This document shows, one piece after another, positions 24,587 through 37,040 of a stretch of 64,000 bases of DNA. The translations under genes and the position numbers were made by a program. Under the pieces are notes generated by a model. The model was not told where the DNA came from. It saw only the letters and a list, made by a program, of their open reading frames with translations, and searched no databases. Source of the stretch: Lytechinus pictus (taxonomy: Eukaryota). The stretch lies in the NCBI RefSeq assembly GCF_037042905.1, contig NC_087250.1, positions 16,494,001 through 16,558,000 on the forward strand, written 5' to 3'. Numbering within the stretch: position 1 is the first letter of the stretch; every line of letters starts with the position of its first letter.

Positions 24587-27500
24587 TACCTATATATTCT
24601 GTAACAAACTACTTGAATTCCCCCCATTTAAAACTTTCGGATCACGATTTGCGCTCGCATTATTTGCTATAAATGTATCAACCCATGAATGCTGTTCATG
24701 ATTACAAAAAATATAAAATATCCAGTTTTTCAGGCCTCATGCACTGTCAACAGATTTCACGCACTCATTAGGCTTATTAGATTAATAAATGAAGAGCTCA
24801 CTTGCAAAAGGGGTTAGGTCCATTTTTCATCAAATTTGATTTTTATGTCTCAATGTATAGATTTTTAGTAGCTCTATGAGATGATACCAAAGAAAAGTTG
24901 AAATTCCTATTAAAAAGTGAACAAAAATGGCAAAGAAAAGCCACTTTTTTTCAAAAGGGTTTAGGTCCATTTCAGTTCTAGGAAGAGGAATAAAAGATAG
25001 GCATCATTTTTATATGACAAAATGTCCTTAGGCCTAAAATGTATCGATCCTAGTTTTAAAAAATAATAAAATATCAGCTCGCGCTTCGCGCTCGAATCAT
25101 TTATTAAGTACTTTCCACATCCACTTCACAATTCCCCTATATACACAGTGCTTTAAATATTGCTTAAATTGACCCATTTCATATCGGAATTTCAAATATT
25201 ATTTCCAGCTCGCGATCCGCGCTCGCATTATTGATTTTCATGATGAAAAATGAAATGTATTCAGAATGCCCAGATTTTGTCTAACTCTAAAACACGTGCA
25301 TGCATGTTTATCGAGATACGCATCTTGATCTTATTAAAAACGTGCTAAAATTATCCAGTTTTAGATCAGAATATCAAAATTTTCTGCTTGCGCTTTGCGC
25401 TCGCATCATTAATGTAGGAAGATTCCAAAAACTACCCATCATTTTTCATGAGTGACAAAACATGAATCGAATGTCCCGTTGGGGGTTTGAAATCTAATTT
25501 TTTAGGTTGGAATATCAAAAATGTTCAGCTCGTGCTTCGCGCTCGCATTATTTAATCGTTGAAATATGTATTGTCTTAATGGCTAACTGCAAAACTTCCT
25601 TAACAGGTCCCTTTTCGACCAGGTCGGAACGCACATTAAAAATTTCTTCGCGCTCGTAGTAATTATCTAGTTACATACGCATCTTGTTCAGGTTCACAAA
25701 CATTGCCCAGAATTTTCAATTTTCAGGTCAAAATACATGAAATTTAATTGTTTTTCCTCGCATAGGGCTTATGAGATTATTGCACATTAATGTTGTTTAT
25801 AAAGTAAAGCTAGGAAATGACTGTTAGGATATGGGCGATTTGTCCCCCCCCAAAAAAAAAAATCACGACCAAGAAAAAAAAGAGAGAAAAGGAAAAGGAT
25901 TATGGTGAAATATAATATTATTTTCCAAATTTTATGTCAAATATATCGCGCTTCGCGTTATCATTATTTATTTAGGCCTTGTGAGATACCTCAATGTGTT
26001 TTTAAGAATAAAATTTCGGAATTTCTTTAACTTCTACCCCCCATTTTATTTTTATTGTTTTATCTTGGTGCCCTCTACAAAAGTTCAACAAGCCCCCCCC
26101 CCCCCCCCCCGTGCAACCCTGCTGAATAAATCACAGCTTCGCTACTGATGAGGAGATTGCTTCGAGATTGCATTATTCCCAAGAGGTTATCATTGATATT
26201 AATAAGGGCTATTCTAAACAACTAGTAAAGAAACTACAGCTCCCGTTCACACAATATTCTAGTAGGGCCTACTCTGGTGAGAAGTTAAACCAAATTGACA
26301 CCCCCCAAAATCGCTCGCGCTTCGCGCTCCCATTGATATTACATTATATATTCATGGATTTTTTGTTCAAGAACACATTAAAAAAGTGGTCTTTAATTGC
26401 CTTTTTTTATGTGATTATGTAATAAGATAATTCAAAATACATTCAAGGCATTTAAGCTACATTTAAGTTAGCCTGGCCGGGAGGGAGGGGGCGCCATTTT
26501 TCGAAAAGTACACATGGGCGCCAAAAATCAGGTCAAATTTGGGCCCCCCTCCCCACAAAATTTTGGATCCGCGCCTGAGTGAGACCACCACATATCGACC
26601 ACCTCTTTTGAAACCGACCACCTTGCGCGCATTAAAATTATTGCGTATTGCAAACGATACGCGCGGAAGAGTAGGCGCAGTGTCCATAGGAACGGCAAGA
26701 ATTGATTTTACGAAAGAAAAAGAAAGGAGAAAATATAAAAATTTAGTAGAATTTTTCAAAATTGTTTTGACTATACCCGAACCCAGCTGAAAAACAGTTG
26801 TTTATACCAAGAAATCCGATGGGAAACGGCTTTAGAACAAATATCCGTCGTCAATCGTCGAATCATATGCCGGAGCTCCCAGTGGAAGTAGCGATACGAT
26901 CATTTAGCATGTTGACATCAGAACTGATTTAGAAGAGTCAAAATATTTCGCCACCGCGCAAAGAATCGGCCGTAATATAAACTTAGTGTATCGCGGGTAG
27001 TCGGTTTCAAAAGAAGGGTGCAAATGAGCAAATGTAAAATCGTCGTATTCGTTGTTCGCCGATTATACGCGGATTGAATCAGAGTCGCCGATCGAAACAT
27101 GGGAATCTGATCTGCTCAATTTTCTGCACAAACTGATATGAAAACTGGGTAAAACTGATTAATACTTTCGCAGATACGATGCTTAGAAAATTAGGTCGTC
27201 GATAAGGGGTAGTTCCAACCTACTACTTGCTGAGAAATAACGATGTTTACAACTTTCTGATTGTATTAATTATTATGTGTCTATAATCACTGTTTTGGTA
27301 TAAATAGAAGTGACAGTTACCATTGACGTTGCTGAAAAAAATTATTTCATGACTATAACTGTTGATGCCCTGACATGACAAGCTCCCTCCTGTATTGTAA
27401 AGCGTACTAGGGATGGCAGTGAAAGGATTCTGCACGAAACTCTTTTGAATATTTTATTGAAACCTGCTGCGAACGGATGAGCACGAAAGTAAAGTTACTT

Positions 27501-27992
27501 CACCCTCATGTTTGTTGATATTTCGTTGAACGGAGCTACAAGAATGCATGGTCGGAAAAGCAAAAGTACGAAAGTGTTGGAAGTACTGACTAGAAGGAGT
27601 GAGAATACTGAGAGTACCGAGATACGGAAAATGCGGAAAATGCTGACTTTACTGGGATAAGGGAATTACCGAAATTACTGAGAAACGGAAAATACTGAGA
27701 TTATTTAGGACACCGAAAATACTGAAATTACGGAGATACTGAATACTGGAATAAATGAGATACTGGAGAAACCTAGGTGACTGAGATATTGGAAATAGCA
27801 AGAGTTATTCGATAGACAAGATTATTGAGTGAGAAGTACTGTGTATGGTCTTACTTACATTACAAGAAAATCACGCACGGTTCTTCGACATGGTTGAACG
27901 GTTACTTGAGAAATAGTTACTGAGAAGGAGCAAAGAGTCAGAAGTGCAAAAGACGGAGTTTACACCAACTATTTGTATATTGCAGCCGAAAC

Positions 27993-28328
27993 CATGGGCT
28001 GAAATCCCAGGGGGCGCGTCCCCCCCCCCCCATAGTAGGGGGGCACACTGTCAAATGCCCCCCTACTATTTTAGTCTCTTGTGATGAAAAGAAATACATA
28101 ATTCAAAATCGAAAAATCGAAATAAAACGTGCATTTTAGACGAGATGACCTTACTTTTGTGGGGTGATAACCTTCTTTTTTCTTTGCTTGTCATTTTTTT
28201 TTTTGGTCGAAATGACTTTACATAAGGGTGATGACCTTTTTTTTTTTTTTTTTTTTGGGGGGGGGGGGGCTTGTAAAAATTTTCAGCCCCTTGTCCGCCC
28301 TACCTTTTGGGAGAAATTTCCGCCCCTG
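27993..28328. mobile_element. hAT-type MITE; 8-bp TSD GCCGAAAC/GCCGAACC
   Basis: CATGGGCTGAAAT ... ATTTCCGCCCCTG imperfect TIR. The TSD has one mismatch. Confidence 0.65.
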
Positions 28329-29024
28329 GCCGAACCAGCTCGTCAAGAAAGAAAGTTCGGCTATACTGATCAACTAAGTAAAAGATAGGTTTACACCTCT
28401 CAAAAATTCCCAATTTAAAGAAAAACATGCCATGAACACAAAATTATTATACAATCATGTACATGTATATGGGCCTGGAATAGTGTCGCCCAAAATAATT
28501 CGTGTTATTAGGCCGTGGACCGAGGGTGTTTTTCGTTTCAAAACATTTCCGTTGTAACTCGTATTTTTGGTACATTGAACAAACGAATAAAAATATATAT
28601 TGACTGGGAAATGTCTTGATACCGCAGTCACCTTCCTGCAGTTAACAAAATATGTAATTTAGAACTCCAGTTTCATCACGCTGCCTAATTATTTTACGAG
28701 CCGCACATTTAGCCATGAGCACTGCAATTGCACAGCAGGGAAATGCAAAAGTAACAGTCGAATTTCGAGTCGAGTTCGGTCAGTATTCCCGTCAGTATTA
28801 AAAAGTATTATTATTCATACACCCAGTATAATGTATTCCTGGAAATCCCTTTGGGCGTCAATCACCTATACCTTTAAATAAATATATGAATATTTCATAA
28901 TAATATCCTCGAATTTACCAGAACAGTCGAGAAAATTGTAGACTCGCGTGTTGGACTGAAAATGAATATACAAGCAGAAAAAAAAGTCGCGTTGCCAATT
29001 TAGCTGTATACACAGATGGTTCTT

Positions 29025-29498
29025 CGGTTACACTTCGTAATTCCGAAGGTTCGTAATTCCGAAGATTCTTTATTCCGAAGGTTCGTAATTCCGAAACACG
29101 TAAATTGCCTATACCTCGATGTTCGTTAATCCGAAAACCTAAAAGGGTTCGTTAATCCGAACATTTGTGGCGTTATTCCGAAGGTTCGATAATCCGAAAA
29201 CGAAATAAGGTTCGATGTTCCGAAGGTTCGTTAATCCGAAAACGAAATAAGGTTCGTTGTTCCGAAGGTTCGTTAATCCGAAAACGAAATAAGGTTAGTT
29301 AATCATTTAGTTTTCGGACTAACGAACCTTCGGAATTACGAACCTCATTTCTTTTTCGGATTAACGAACCTTCGGAATAACGAACCTCATTTCGTTTTCG
29401 GACTAACGAACCTTCGGAATTACGAACCTTCGGAAATACGAACCTTCGGAATAACGAACCTTCGGAATAACGAAGCTTCGGAATTACGAATGTATGCG
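29025..29498. mobile_element. Foldback MITE made of TTCCGAAGGTTCG tandem units; 7-bp TSD GGTTCTT
   Basis: Repeat polarity flips at ~29305. GGTTCTT at 29018-29024 and 29499-29505. The empty site is visible in the opposite arm of the host (~33580-33600). Confidence 0.82.
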
Positions 29499-29721
29499 GG
29501 TTCTTAGTGCGCCATAAAGATGCGCTGCGGATCTGTATTATAATGAAAATATGTTTTTATAACTTTTTTTTATTCATAAACACTTGATAACGAACATAAT
29601 ATAGACTAGTCCTTGTAGAATTCTGGAATGATAGCGTGACATTTCGCCTTGGACTAATTCTAAGAAATGATAGCAATTCCTTTTCCAAAGTGACAAGATG
29701 TAGATTCCATTAACCACTACC

Positions 29722-30333
29722 GTGTTTACATGTGATCGGCTTTTGGTTCAGAACCAAAAGCCGATGCAGAATCGGATTTTGGTTTATCTTGCACAGCGTT
29801 TACACGCTGTTACAGCTCGCGGTGCAGAATCGGCTCGCGTGGCAAAAGCCTGGAATGATACGCTCACCAACAATATACGTCATAATACCGTATTTACACG
29901 CTGCATCGGCTTTTTCATTGCGTGTAAAGGCGACTAACTTGCATCGGCTCGCGTGTCAAAAACCTGAAATTATCAATATACGTCATAATAAACACAGCGC
30001 TGGATCCGTGCGCTTTGAAGTACGTCATAATGATAAATTAAACGAAATGCGCGCCTAATGCCGATGCAGAATCGGCTTCCAGGGGAGCGTTTCATCAATA
30101 TTTTCATCCGACAAGTTGTCAGATCTGACATCTTTCCATGATTTTGATTGGCAGGGAGGCACTGTTCCTATGGTAACTGTGGGATAAAATGGGACTTGTC
30201 GGATTAAACGTCCGACAAGTCCTTTCATAAAACGCCCCCTGTTTACACGTAGTAAAAAAGCCGATTCTGCATCGGCTCGCGGTTCTGAACCTATTACTTT
30301 GGTGGTGCAAAAATTGCCGATTCTGCATCGGTG
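29722..30333. repeat. Second copy of the GTTTACACG/AGCCGATGCA repeat family, interrupted by a MITE at 30080-30241
   Basis: Matches the 2692-3030 region. The insert runs CAGGGGAGCGTTTCAT ... ATAAAACGCCCCCTG and sits at a CWG site. Confidence 0.78.
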
Positions 30334-30985
30334 AGAGAGAATAGTTCGTACACAAATCATGTATGGGATTGAAGACAGTGATAATTTTTTATTGATGACA
30401 ATTTGGAGGGAAGTTTGTCAAGATTTGAGCTAAAGCTAATATGAACTAAGAGTCATTTAGATTTTAGTATCATCAAAAGCGTGTAGTAAATGTTATCACT
30501 ATTATTATTATGATTTTTAATATGATCATCACGATAATCATGATTATTTAGAATGGGCTCACCATCCTTTGGTAAACTAATATATTACATCCCTGCTCTT
30601 TCATCCTGGAAAAAAATTAGGGACATTTATCTTTCCGTTTTTCTCTGTCTCTGTTTCGCTTTCTACAATGTCTCCCACACTCTTCAACTACACACACAGA
30701 CACAGAAATACAAAGATCAAAATGACCAGAAAATGCATTAATGAAAGGACAATATCATTATGTTATTTTGCTAGGAAAACTGAATCTTCCATACAACTAA
30801 ACCTACCAAAATTATGCATTTACAATATTTACCTTTCCCTCTTTCTTAGTCTCTTTCTAATTCCACGGTGTAATCTCTTATTTCTCTCCCCCTATCTCTC
30901 TCTCTCTCTCTCTCTTTAACTTTACCTACACACATATTGAAACACAGAGATCAATAAGCAGGGCCAGAAGAAATGCATTCTTAAT

Positions 30986-32726
30986 ACCCCATCTCACTAG
31001 GAAGGCGATCGTGGCGACCATGGCGATCTGTGTAAATCCCGCAAATCGTAGCAGAATCTTCCTCGAATTCTATTTTTAGCCTGCGAGACGATTGCACTGC
31101 AACTTCTATGCGACCGACCTGCGCTGAAGGCGATGTTAATACGCTGAAAGTACGACGATGCCACTTTCTTGCGACGATTCGAGGCAGATGTGATGCGCTG
31201 CTTCTGCGATCAAAGCGATCGTACAACGAGGCTCATACGCTAGTTAGGACCTCGGTACGGTGGTGCTACGAATGAAGCGATTATGTTACGTTAATGATGG
31301 GCTCTTGAAACGATTTCAAGCAATCGGCATACTAATCGCGGCACATGACACATTTTTCAGTCGATTGCCAACCTCCGACCAACATGGATGTCCAGAATTT
31401 GGTTGGACTTATACATCTTGGCATTCTAAAAGAACATCAGTTAAAAGTTGAATGCGAGGACAGGAGAAGGAGGAGGCCAAAAAGATCATGGTCCGATCCT
31501 GGCTGTCACCTAAGTCATAATATACAATATTTTTAAAATTTCATTCAAAAGATGTCGATGAGTCTAATAGTTAATATGAGGGATGCATCCAGAATTTCAT
31601 AAAAGAGCTTAAAAATCTTTGATATTCTGTTTATTTTTTCCCACAAAGTTTGTCACTCAAAAATATTTGGTAAATTCCTTTCAAATTTGCTGACAAGAAG
31701 TAGTCTACTGATGTGAGAGCACTCCTAAAAAGGGAGGGACAATGCCAGAATCTCCCTAAAGATTGCCTTTCCCAATCAATACATTAGTGATCGAATCATT
31801 AACAAAATTTGATGTTGTCTACTGTCACTGTGGTTATAGAATTCAATTTATTTTCAAAACATAATCAATTTATTTATTTCTGCAGAGGTAACCCATTTCG
31901 TCATGAAGACATGTGAGCATCTTTTTTCTCTTTCCAGCTGGCTCAGCAGTAAGATTTCCATCCTCCTGTACCCCCTCCTCTTCCTCCTCTACCACCTCCT
32001 CTTCTACCACCACCATAACCCCTTGATCTTCCTCTTCGACCGCCGGCCTAAGAGGGGTAGCTTGGGCAGCTTTCCCTTTTCTGGTCCTTTTTCTGGGAGG
32101 TATGTTTGAAAACGCCGTGGTATCGCCTCGTAATCTGTTGCAAATATGATAATCCGCCACCATCGGCACGGCGTTTTATAGCAGCGCGGACGGTTGTTGC
32201 GCAATCGCTGCCCAGTCATCAGCGGCGCAGCAAAAGCGCAACGCGAACGCCTGTAGCGGGCTGAGAACGTGTGCCACATGCCACCCAAAGAAGGAAGCGT
32301 CGTGGTGGAAGCTGTGTGAAGCGTGTCGAGCGCAAGGCAGTCAGTCGCCTTGTAAACGTAAGCAGCGTAGCAGAATTGTCTTGGGAACGGGCCTAAAAAA
32401 CCACGGGCGATCGGTGCCGCTTTTAATGCGCTTATACTACACTTTATGCGTTGGGGCTCCGTTACAGCTACGAATATGTCGTTTGTAATACGCTCATGAC
32501 TCGACTGTGATGCGCTTTAGCACCTCCGCGATCTCGCTACGTAAGTTTTGAACATGTTCAAAATTTTGTGGCGACCATAAAGATGGTGGCGATCCTTGCC
32601 GCTTCAGAAAAGATCAAGGTACGACGGAGAAGATTGAAAAGATCAAGGCACGATCAAGCTACGTTATACCACGCTTTGTCGATTTTTGACGATCGCAGTG
32701 GAATCGCCATCTAGTGAGATGGGGGT
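30986..32726. mobile_element. Internally deleted PIF/Harbinger-like element
   Basis: TIR ACCCCATCTCACTAG ... CTAGTGAGATGGGGGT with a 3-bp A/T flank duplication (AAT or TAA). Two convergent ORF remnants: MDVQNL...RRRRRPKRSW on + and PPRKRTRKGK...EEEE on -. Confidence 0.65.
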
Positions 32727-32731
32727 AATAA

Positions 32732-33334
32732 AGGACAAATCCACCCCAACAAAAAGTTTGTTTGAATAAAAAGGGGAAAATCCAACAAACATAACACTGA
32801 AAATGTCATCAAAATCGGATGTAAAATAAGAAAGTTATGACATTCTAAAGTTTTGCTTAATTTCACAAAACAGTCATATGCACATCCTGATCGGTATGCA
32901 AATGAGGAAACTGATGACGTCATCCACTCACTATTTCTTTTGTATGTTATTATATTAAATATGAAATATTCTAATTTCCTCCCCATTGTCAAGTGAAACA
33001 AGGATTAATTCCTCCCTGACCATGTGGAATTAACATTGTTTATGACTATATGGTTTAGTCAAGTTGGTCCTTATTGTCAAATCTGTAAAAAATGAAATAT
33101 TGTATTATTCAAACAATAAAAAACAAAGGAAATAGTGAGTGAGGGACATCATCGATTGTTTCATTTGCATGTCACTGAGTTGTGCATATCACTGTTTTGT
33201 GAAAAATAAGCGAAAACTTAAAGTGTCATAACTTACTTATTTTACATCCGATTTTTATGAAATTTTCAGCGTTATGCTAGTTTGATTTTTCTCTATTTAT
33301 TCAAATCAACATTTTTCTGCGGTGGCCTTGACCT
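32732..33334. mobile_element. Kolobok-like palindromic MITE
   Basis: ATAA|AGGACAAATCCACC ... GGTGGCCTTGACCT|TTAA, with long imperfect inverted arms. Confidence 0.75.
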
Positions 33335-33890
33335 TTAAGAGAATCGGTCTTCTTCTTAAATCATGTCATGGTTAATGGAACCAAGGCATCTTGTCACTTT
33401 GGAAAAGGAATTGCTATCATTTCTTAAAATTAGTCCAAGGCGAAATGTTATGCTATCATACCAGAATGATATTAAGACTAGTCGATATGTTCGTTTTCAA
33501 GTGTTTTGCGTGTGTTGTGAATAAAACACTTTATAAACACATATTTTCATCATGATACAGACCCGCAGCGCAGCGCACTACGAACAATATCTTATAAAGC
33601 TAAATTGGCAACGCAATTTGTTCTGCTTGTATACGAGTATTCAGTTTCAGTCCGACACGCGAGTCTACAATTTTCTCGACTGTTTCTGTAAATTTGAGGA
33701 TATTATTATGGAATATTCATATATTGCGATGATTTACAACAAAAGGTAGGTGATTGACATCCACAGACACCTCCAGGGATACGTTATAGTGGGTGTAAAA
33801 ATAATAATACTGTTTAATACTTAGAGAACTCGACTCGTTCGACTGTGAGCACTCGCATTTCACCACTGTCAGACTGTGCCATTATATTAA

Positions 33891-34470
33891 TGGGATGGTC
33901 CGGGCTGAAAATATTTAAAACCTAAAAATAGAGTAGAATTCACTGAGCAAAGTGCCGAATATTTAATCAAAATCGGATAACAAATAACAAAGTTATTGAA
34001 TTTTTAAGTTTAGCGATATTTTGTGAAAACAGTCACATGAATATTCATTAGGTGGGCTGATGATGTCACATCTCCACTTGTTCTTTTGTATTTTATTATA
34101 TGAAATTAGGTTTATTCATTGTTTTTCCTCCAAGAACTAGAAAACTTGGACTGACAACTGATTTAGTGCATTCGATATGTATCGCTGCAACTTATTTCAT
34201 CATAAGGGAGACATATTATTCACACAAGTATGAAATAATGAAAAAATTATGATTTTATATAATAACATAAGAAAACGGAAAGTGGGGATGTGATATCATC
34301 AGCCAACCTAATGAATGTTCATAACGACTGTTTTCACAAAATATTGCTAAACTTTAAAATTCAATAACTTTATTATTTGTTACCCGATTTTGATGACATT
34401 TTCGGCATTTTGCTCAGTGAATTCTATTCTATGTATTATGATATAAACATTGTCAGCTCGGACCATCCCT
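33891..34470. mobile_element. Second Kolobok-like palindromic MITE family
   Basis: TTAA|TGGGATGGTCCGGGCTGA ... TCAGCTCGGACCATCCCT|TTAG, with inverted arms of ~190 bp. Confidence 0.75.
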
Positions 34471-34652
34471 TTAGCTATTGCAGTGCGTTTGGCTAAATGT
34501 GCGGCTCGTACAATAATTCGACAGTATGATGAAACCGGAGTTCTAAATTACATATTTTGCTAACTGCAGGGAGTTGACCTCAAGTACCTCAAGGTCAACT
34601 GAAGCAAAAGTTAAAAACTAAAGCACTTTTGATCGTTCGACCCACGGCCTTA

Positions 34653-35018
34653 ATGCCTGATAATCAGGAGGTATTTTTTTTACTGTGATGTAAAATTTGA
34701 TTAGCGCCAAAGAAAGGCATGTCTGCACCGAATGAATCCAGATGCAACTAATGTCTTAATCCTACATCAGATAGTCAACATAGTTGCAGCATCATTTTCA
34801 ATGAAATTAACTTGATAATTGATACTAAAATGCGTTTATTAAACAATTCTAATGATCATTATTGAAAAGATGTTTTAAAATTGATTTTAATGCGACCTTT
34901 GTAGGATTAAGACATCATTAACATCAAAATTTATTGACTGGAGTCACGCCTATATTTTGGCGCAAGTCAAGATTTACATCACCGCAAAGGCCTGCTAATT
35001 ATCAAAGAGTGAGGGCAT
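34653..35018. repeat. Old palindromic MITE-like element just upstream of exon 2
   Basis: TGTCTTAATCCTACA pairs with TGTAGGATTAAGACA, and GTGATGTAAA...GCGCCAAA pairs with TTTGGCGC...TTTACATCAC. Confidence 0.55.
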
Positions 35019-35159
35019 ACCGCATATGAATTCAAATCATTTGGTAGAAAATACTCCTTCCGACCATGAATATAGATCTACCCTGAGTAAAGACGAATTA
35101 ACTAGAATTACCTTACTAGGAAATTACATGTGATTTCAAATATTTTGCCCGTTCTACAG

Positions 35160-35474
35160 GAAGCTTTGAAATGGCTCTTCTAAAGCAACTTCAGCCTAAT
35201 TTCCCTTCAATACACCACACCGTTGTGGAGCCGTGTGAGGAATTCATTTCTCATTACAAACTTCACTCCGTCCTTGAGAATGTACAGTATGACTGGCAGC
35301 TCAAGACATTCCAGCAATACATGCAGGACCAGGAGTGCACTTCCAATGGTAGAAAATTCGACTTCATTAGTGCTGTCAATTCTCTTTACTACACTGGCAA
35401 TGTGAAAGAGACCATTCGCTCTCTCATTGATCAACTAACTGAATCAGGCTATCTTTTGGTAGTTGTCCGTTCAG
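35160..35474 (+). CDS. HNMT-like methyltransferase, coding exon 2
   Basis: Acceptor TTCTACAG|GA completes a Gly codon with exon 1. Encodes HTVVEPCEE (motif II) and KFDFISAVNSLYY, comparable to HNMT VVEPS and WDFIHMIQMLYY. Donor TCAG|GTAAGA at 35475, phase 1. Confidence 0.9.
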
Positions 35475-36239
35475 GTAAGAACCTTTTATCTTCCCCATCT
35501 CACCTTTGACCATGTTGACTATTCTCCATCTCTCTCCTGTATCTCTCAATTTTTTCTTTATACGGGCATCTTTAAGATTCGGTGGTACACTATTGTCCTA
35601 ACTTCAAACAGTTTTCCTTCCTTAGGCGCTATTAATCAGAAAATGCAATCTTGTTTAAGAATATGTGTTGTTGCATGTAAACTAAAAAAAAGTTTGGAAA
35701 TCTGACTTTGATCGATATTTCCTCCTCGGTTTTAGTAAATATCAATGTGTAATTAATATCAATGATTAGATAATTTATTTCTCTTTAAAATGATACCCTA
35801 CATGATATGGCTCATATGGAGGTACAGTGGCTTGAAATCTGGGGCAAGGTCAAAATTCAAAAGTTGTAAAATGACACAATATTGAAAGTCACTGTAATTT
35901 TTTTCGTGGTGATGAGTGAGTTTCTCAGCGGTTTCTTTTGACTTTGATCGATAATCCCTCTTCTGTTTTTAGTAAATATCAACGTGTGATTAATATCAAT
36001 GATTAGATAATTGAATTTATTATATAAGATTAGATAATTTAGTTTTTGGTTCTAGCTGGGGGTTTAACTCCCCTTCGTGGAGCTAAAACAAGGCTATCGG
36101 TTGGTTCCAGACATACCTGTATGTAAGTCTCTAATTAGAAGTATTGTTCATATGATGTTTTATTGTTATGTAATTGTGACACCAGAATCCGAAAAGCGTT
36201 CATCTCTGTTTAATAAAGCCACGACGTAATCGCACATTA

Positions 36240-36510
36240 TTTTGTTATTTCACTTTGTTCGCCGAGAGTGATATAGGTATATTTACCCAGGGTAGCCACT
36301 TCAGCTCCAAAAACTGTTCTCCTAGTATGCCTAACGGGCCCTGCTATTATTACCCCGGCTTTAGCTGAGCTGCCTAGGCGCTCAAGCATTCAAGGAATTT
36401 CTTCCTACCGGGTACCCATTAACCTCACCTGGGTCGAGTGCGGCACAATGTGGATGAGTTTCTTGCTGAAGGAAATTACGCCATGGCTGAGATTCGACCC
36501 CACGACCCAC
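36240..36510 (-). mobile_element. tRNA-derived SINE, 5'-truncated
   Basis: The minus strand has a B-box-like GGGTCGAATC followed by GCACTCGACCCAGGTG...AATGGGTACC, resembling the conserved Deu/Nin SINE core. Confidence 0.6.
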
Positions 36511-37040
36511 AAGATGACGATCTCGGATGTCGTCATGTCTACATCCCGTGGGAGAGATGATCAGATGACAATATCTTGAGATCTCGTCATGTCTACATCT
36601 TAAAGAAGAGATGATCAGATGGCAAGATCACGGATCTCCCCATGTCTACATCTTGGACCTTGTCATGTCTACTTCTTAAAGAAGAGATGATCAGATTGCA
36701 AGATCTCGGATCTCACCATGCTATATCTTGAAGGGAAAGATGATCAGATGGCAAGATTTTGGATCTCTTCATGTCTACATATTTTAGAAGAGGTGATCAG
36801 ATTGCAAGATCCTGGATCTCGTCATGTCTACGTCTTGCCATCTGATCATCTCTTCTAAAAGACGTAGACATGACGAGATCCACGATCTTGCCATCTGATC
36901 ATCTCTTCTAAGAGATTTAGACATGACGAGATCCAAGATCTGTTGATCTGATCGTCTCTCCCACGGCATGTAGACATGACGAGATCCGAGATCTCGTCAT
37001 CTTATCCTTTTCCCTAAGAGACGTAGACATGACGAGATGA
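36510..37040. repeat. ~50-bp minisatellite (GATGATCAGATGGCAAGATC..GATCTCGTCATGTCTACATC) arranged as a foldback
   Basis: About six forward units to ~36832, then about four reverse-complement units to ~37040. Confidence 0.82.

Larger units (their letters stand above)
16681..26577. mobile_element. 9.9-kb non-autonomous hAT-type element with nested inserts; 8-bp TSD AGTGAGAC
   Basis: TIR CAGGCGCGGATCCA ... TGGATCCGCGCCTG. Identical AGTGAGAC at 16673-16680 and 26578-26585. No transposase ORF. Confidence 0.85.
28511..34649. mobile_element. PIF/Harbinger-like foldback element with long inverted arms and multiple nested inserts; TSD TTA
   Basis: TTA|GGCCGTGG ... CCACGGCC|TTA. 28620-29718 (minus its insert) is the diverged reverse complement of 33370-34580 (minus its insert). 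Confidence 0.75.

Noticed and set aside
26591..27026. Possible MITE bounded by CTTTTGAAACCGAC / GTCGGTTTCAAAAG
   Set aside because: The inverted match is real, but no TSD or clear termini were found, so it is not called.
31870..32169. Acidic 99-aa ORF as a host gene exon
   Set aside because: Lies inside a TIR-bounded element and is better treated as a transposon ORF remnant.
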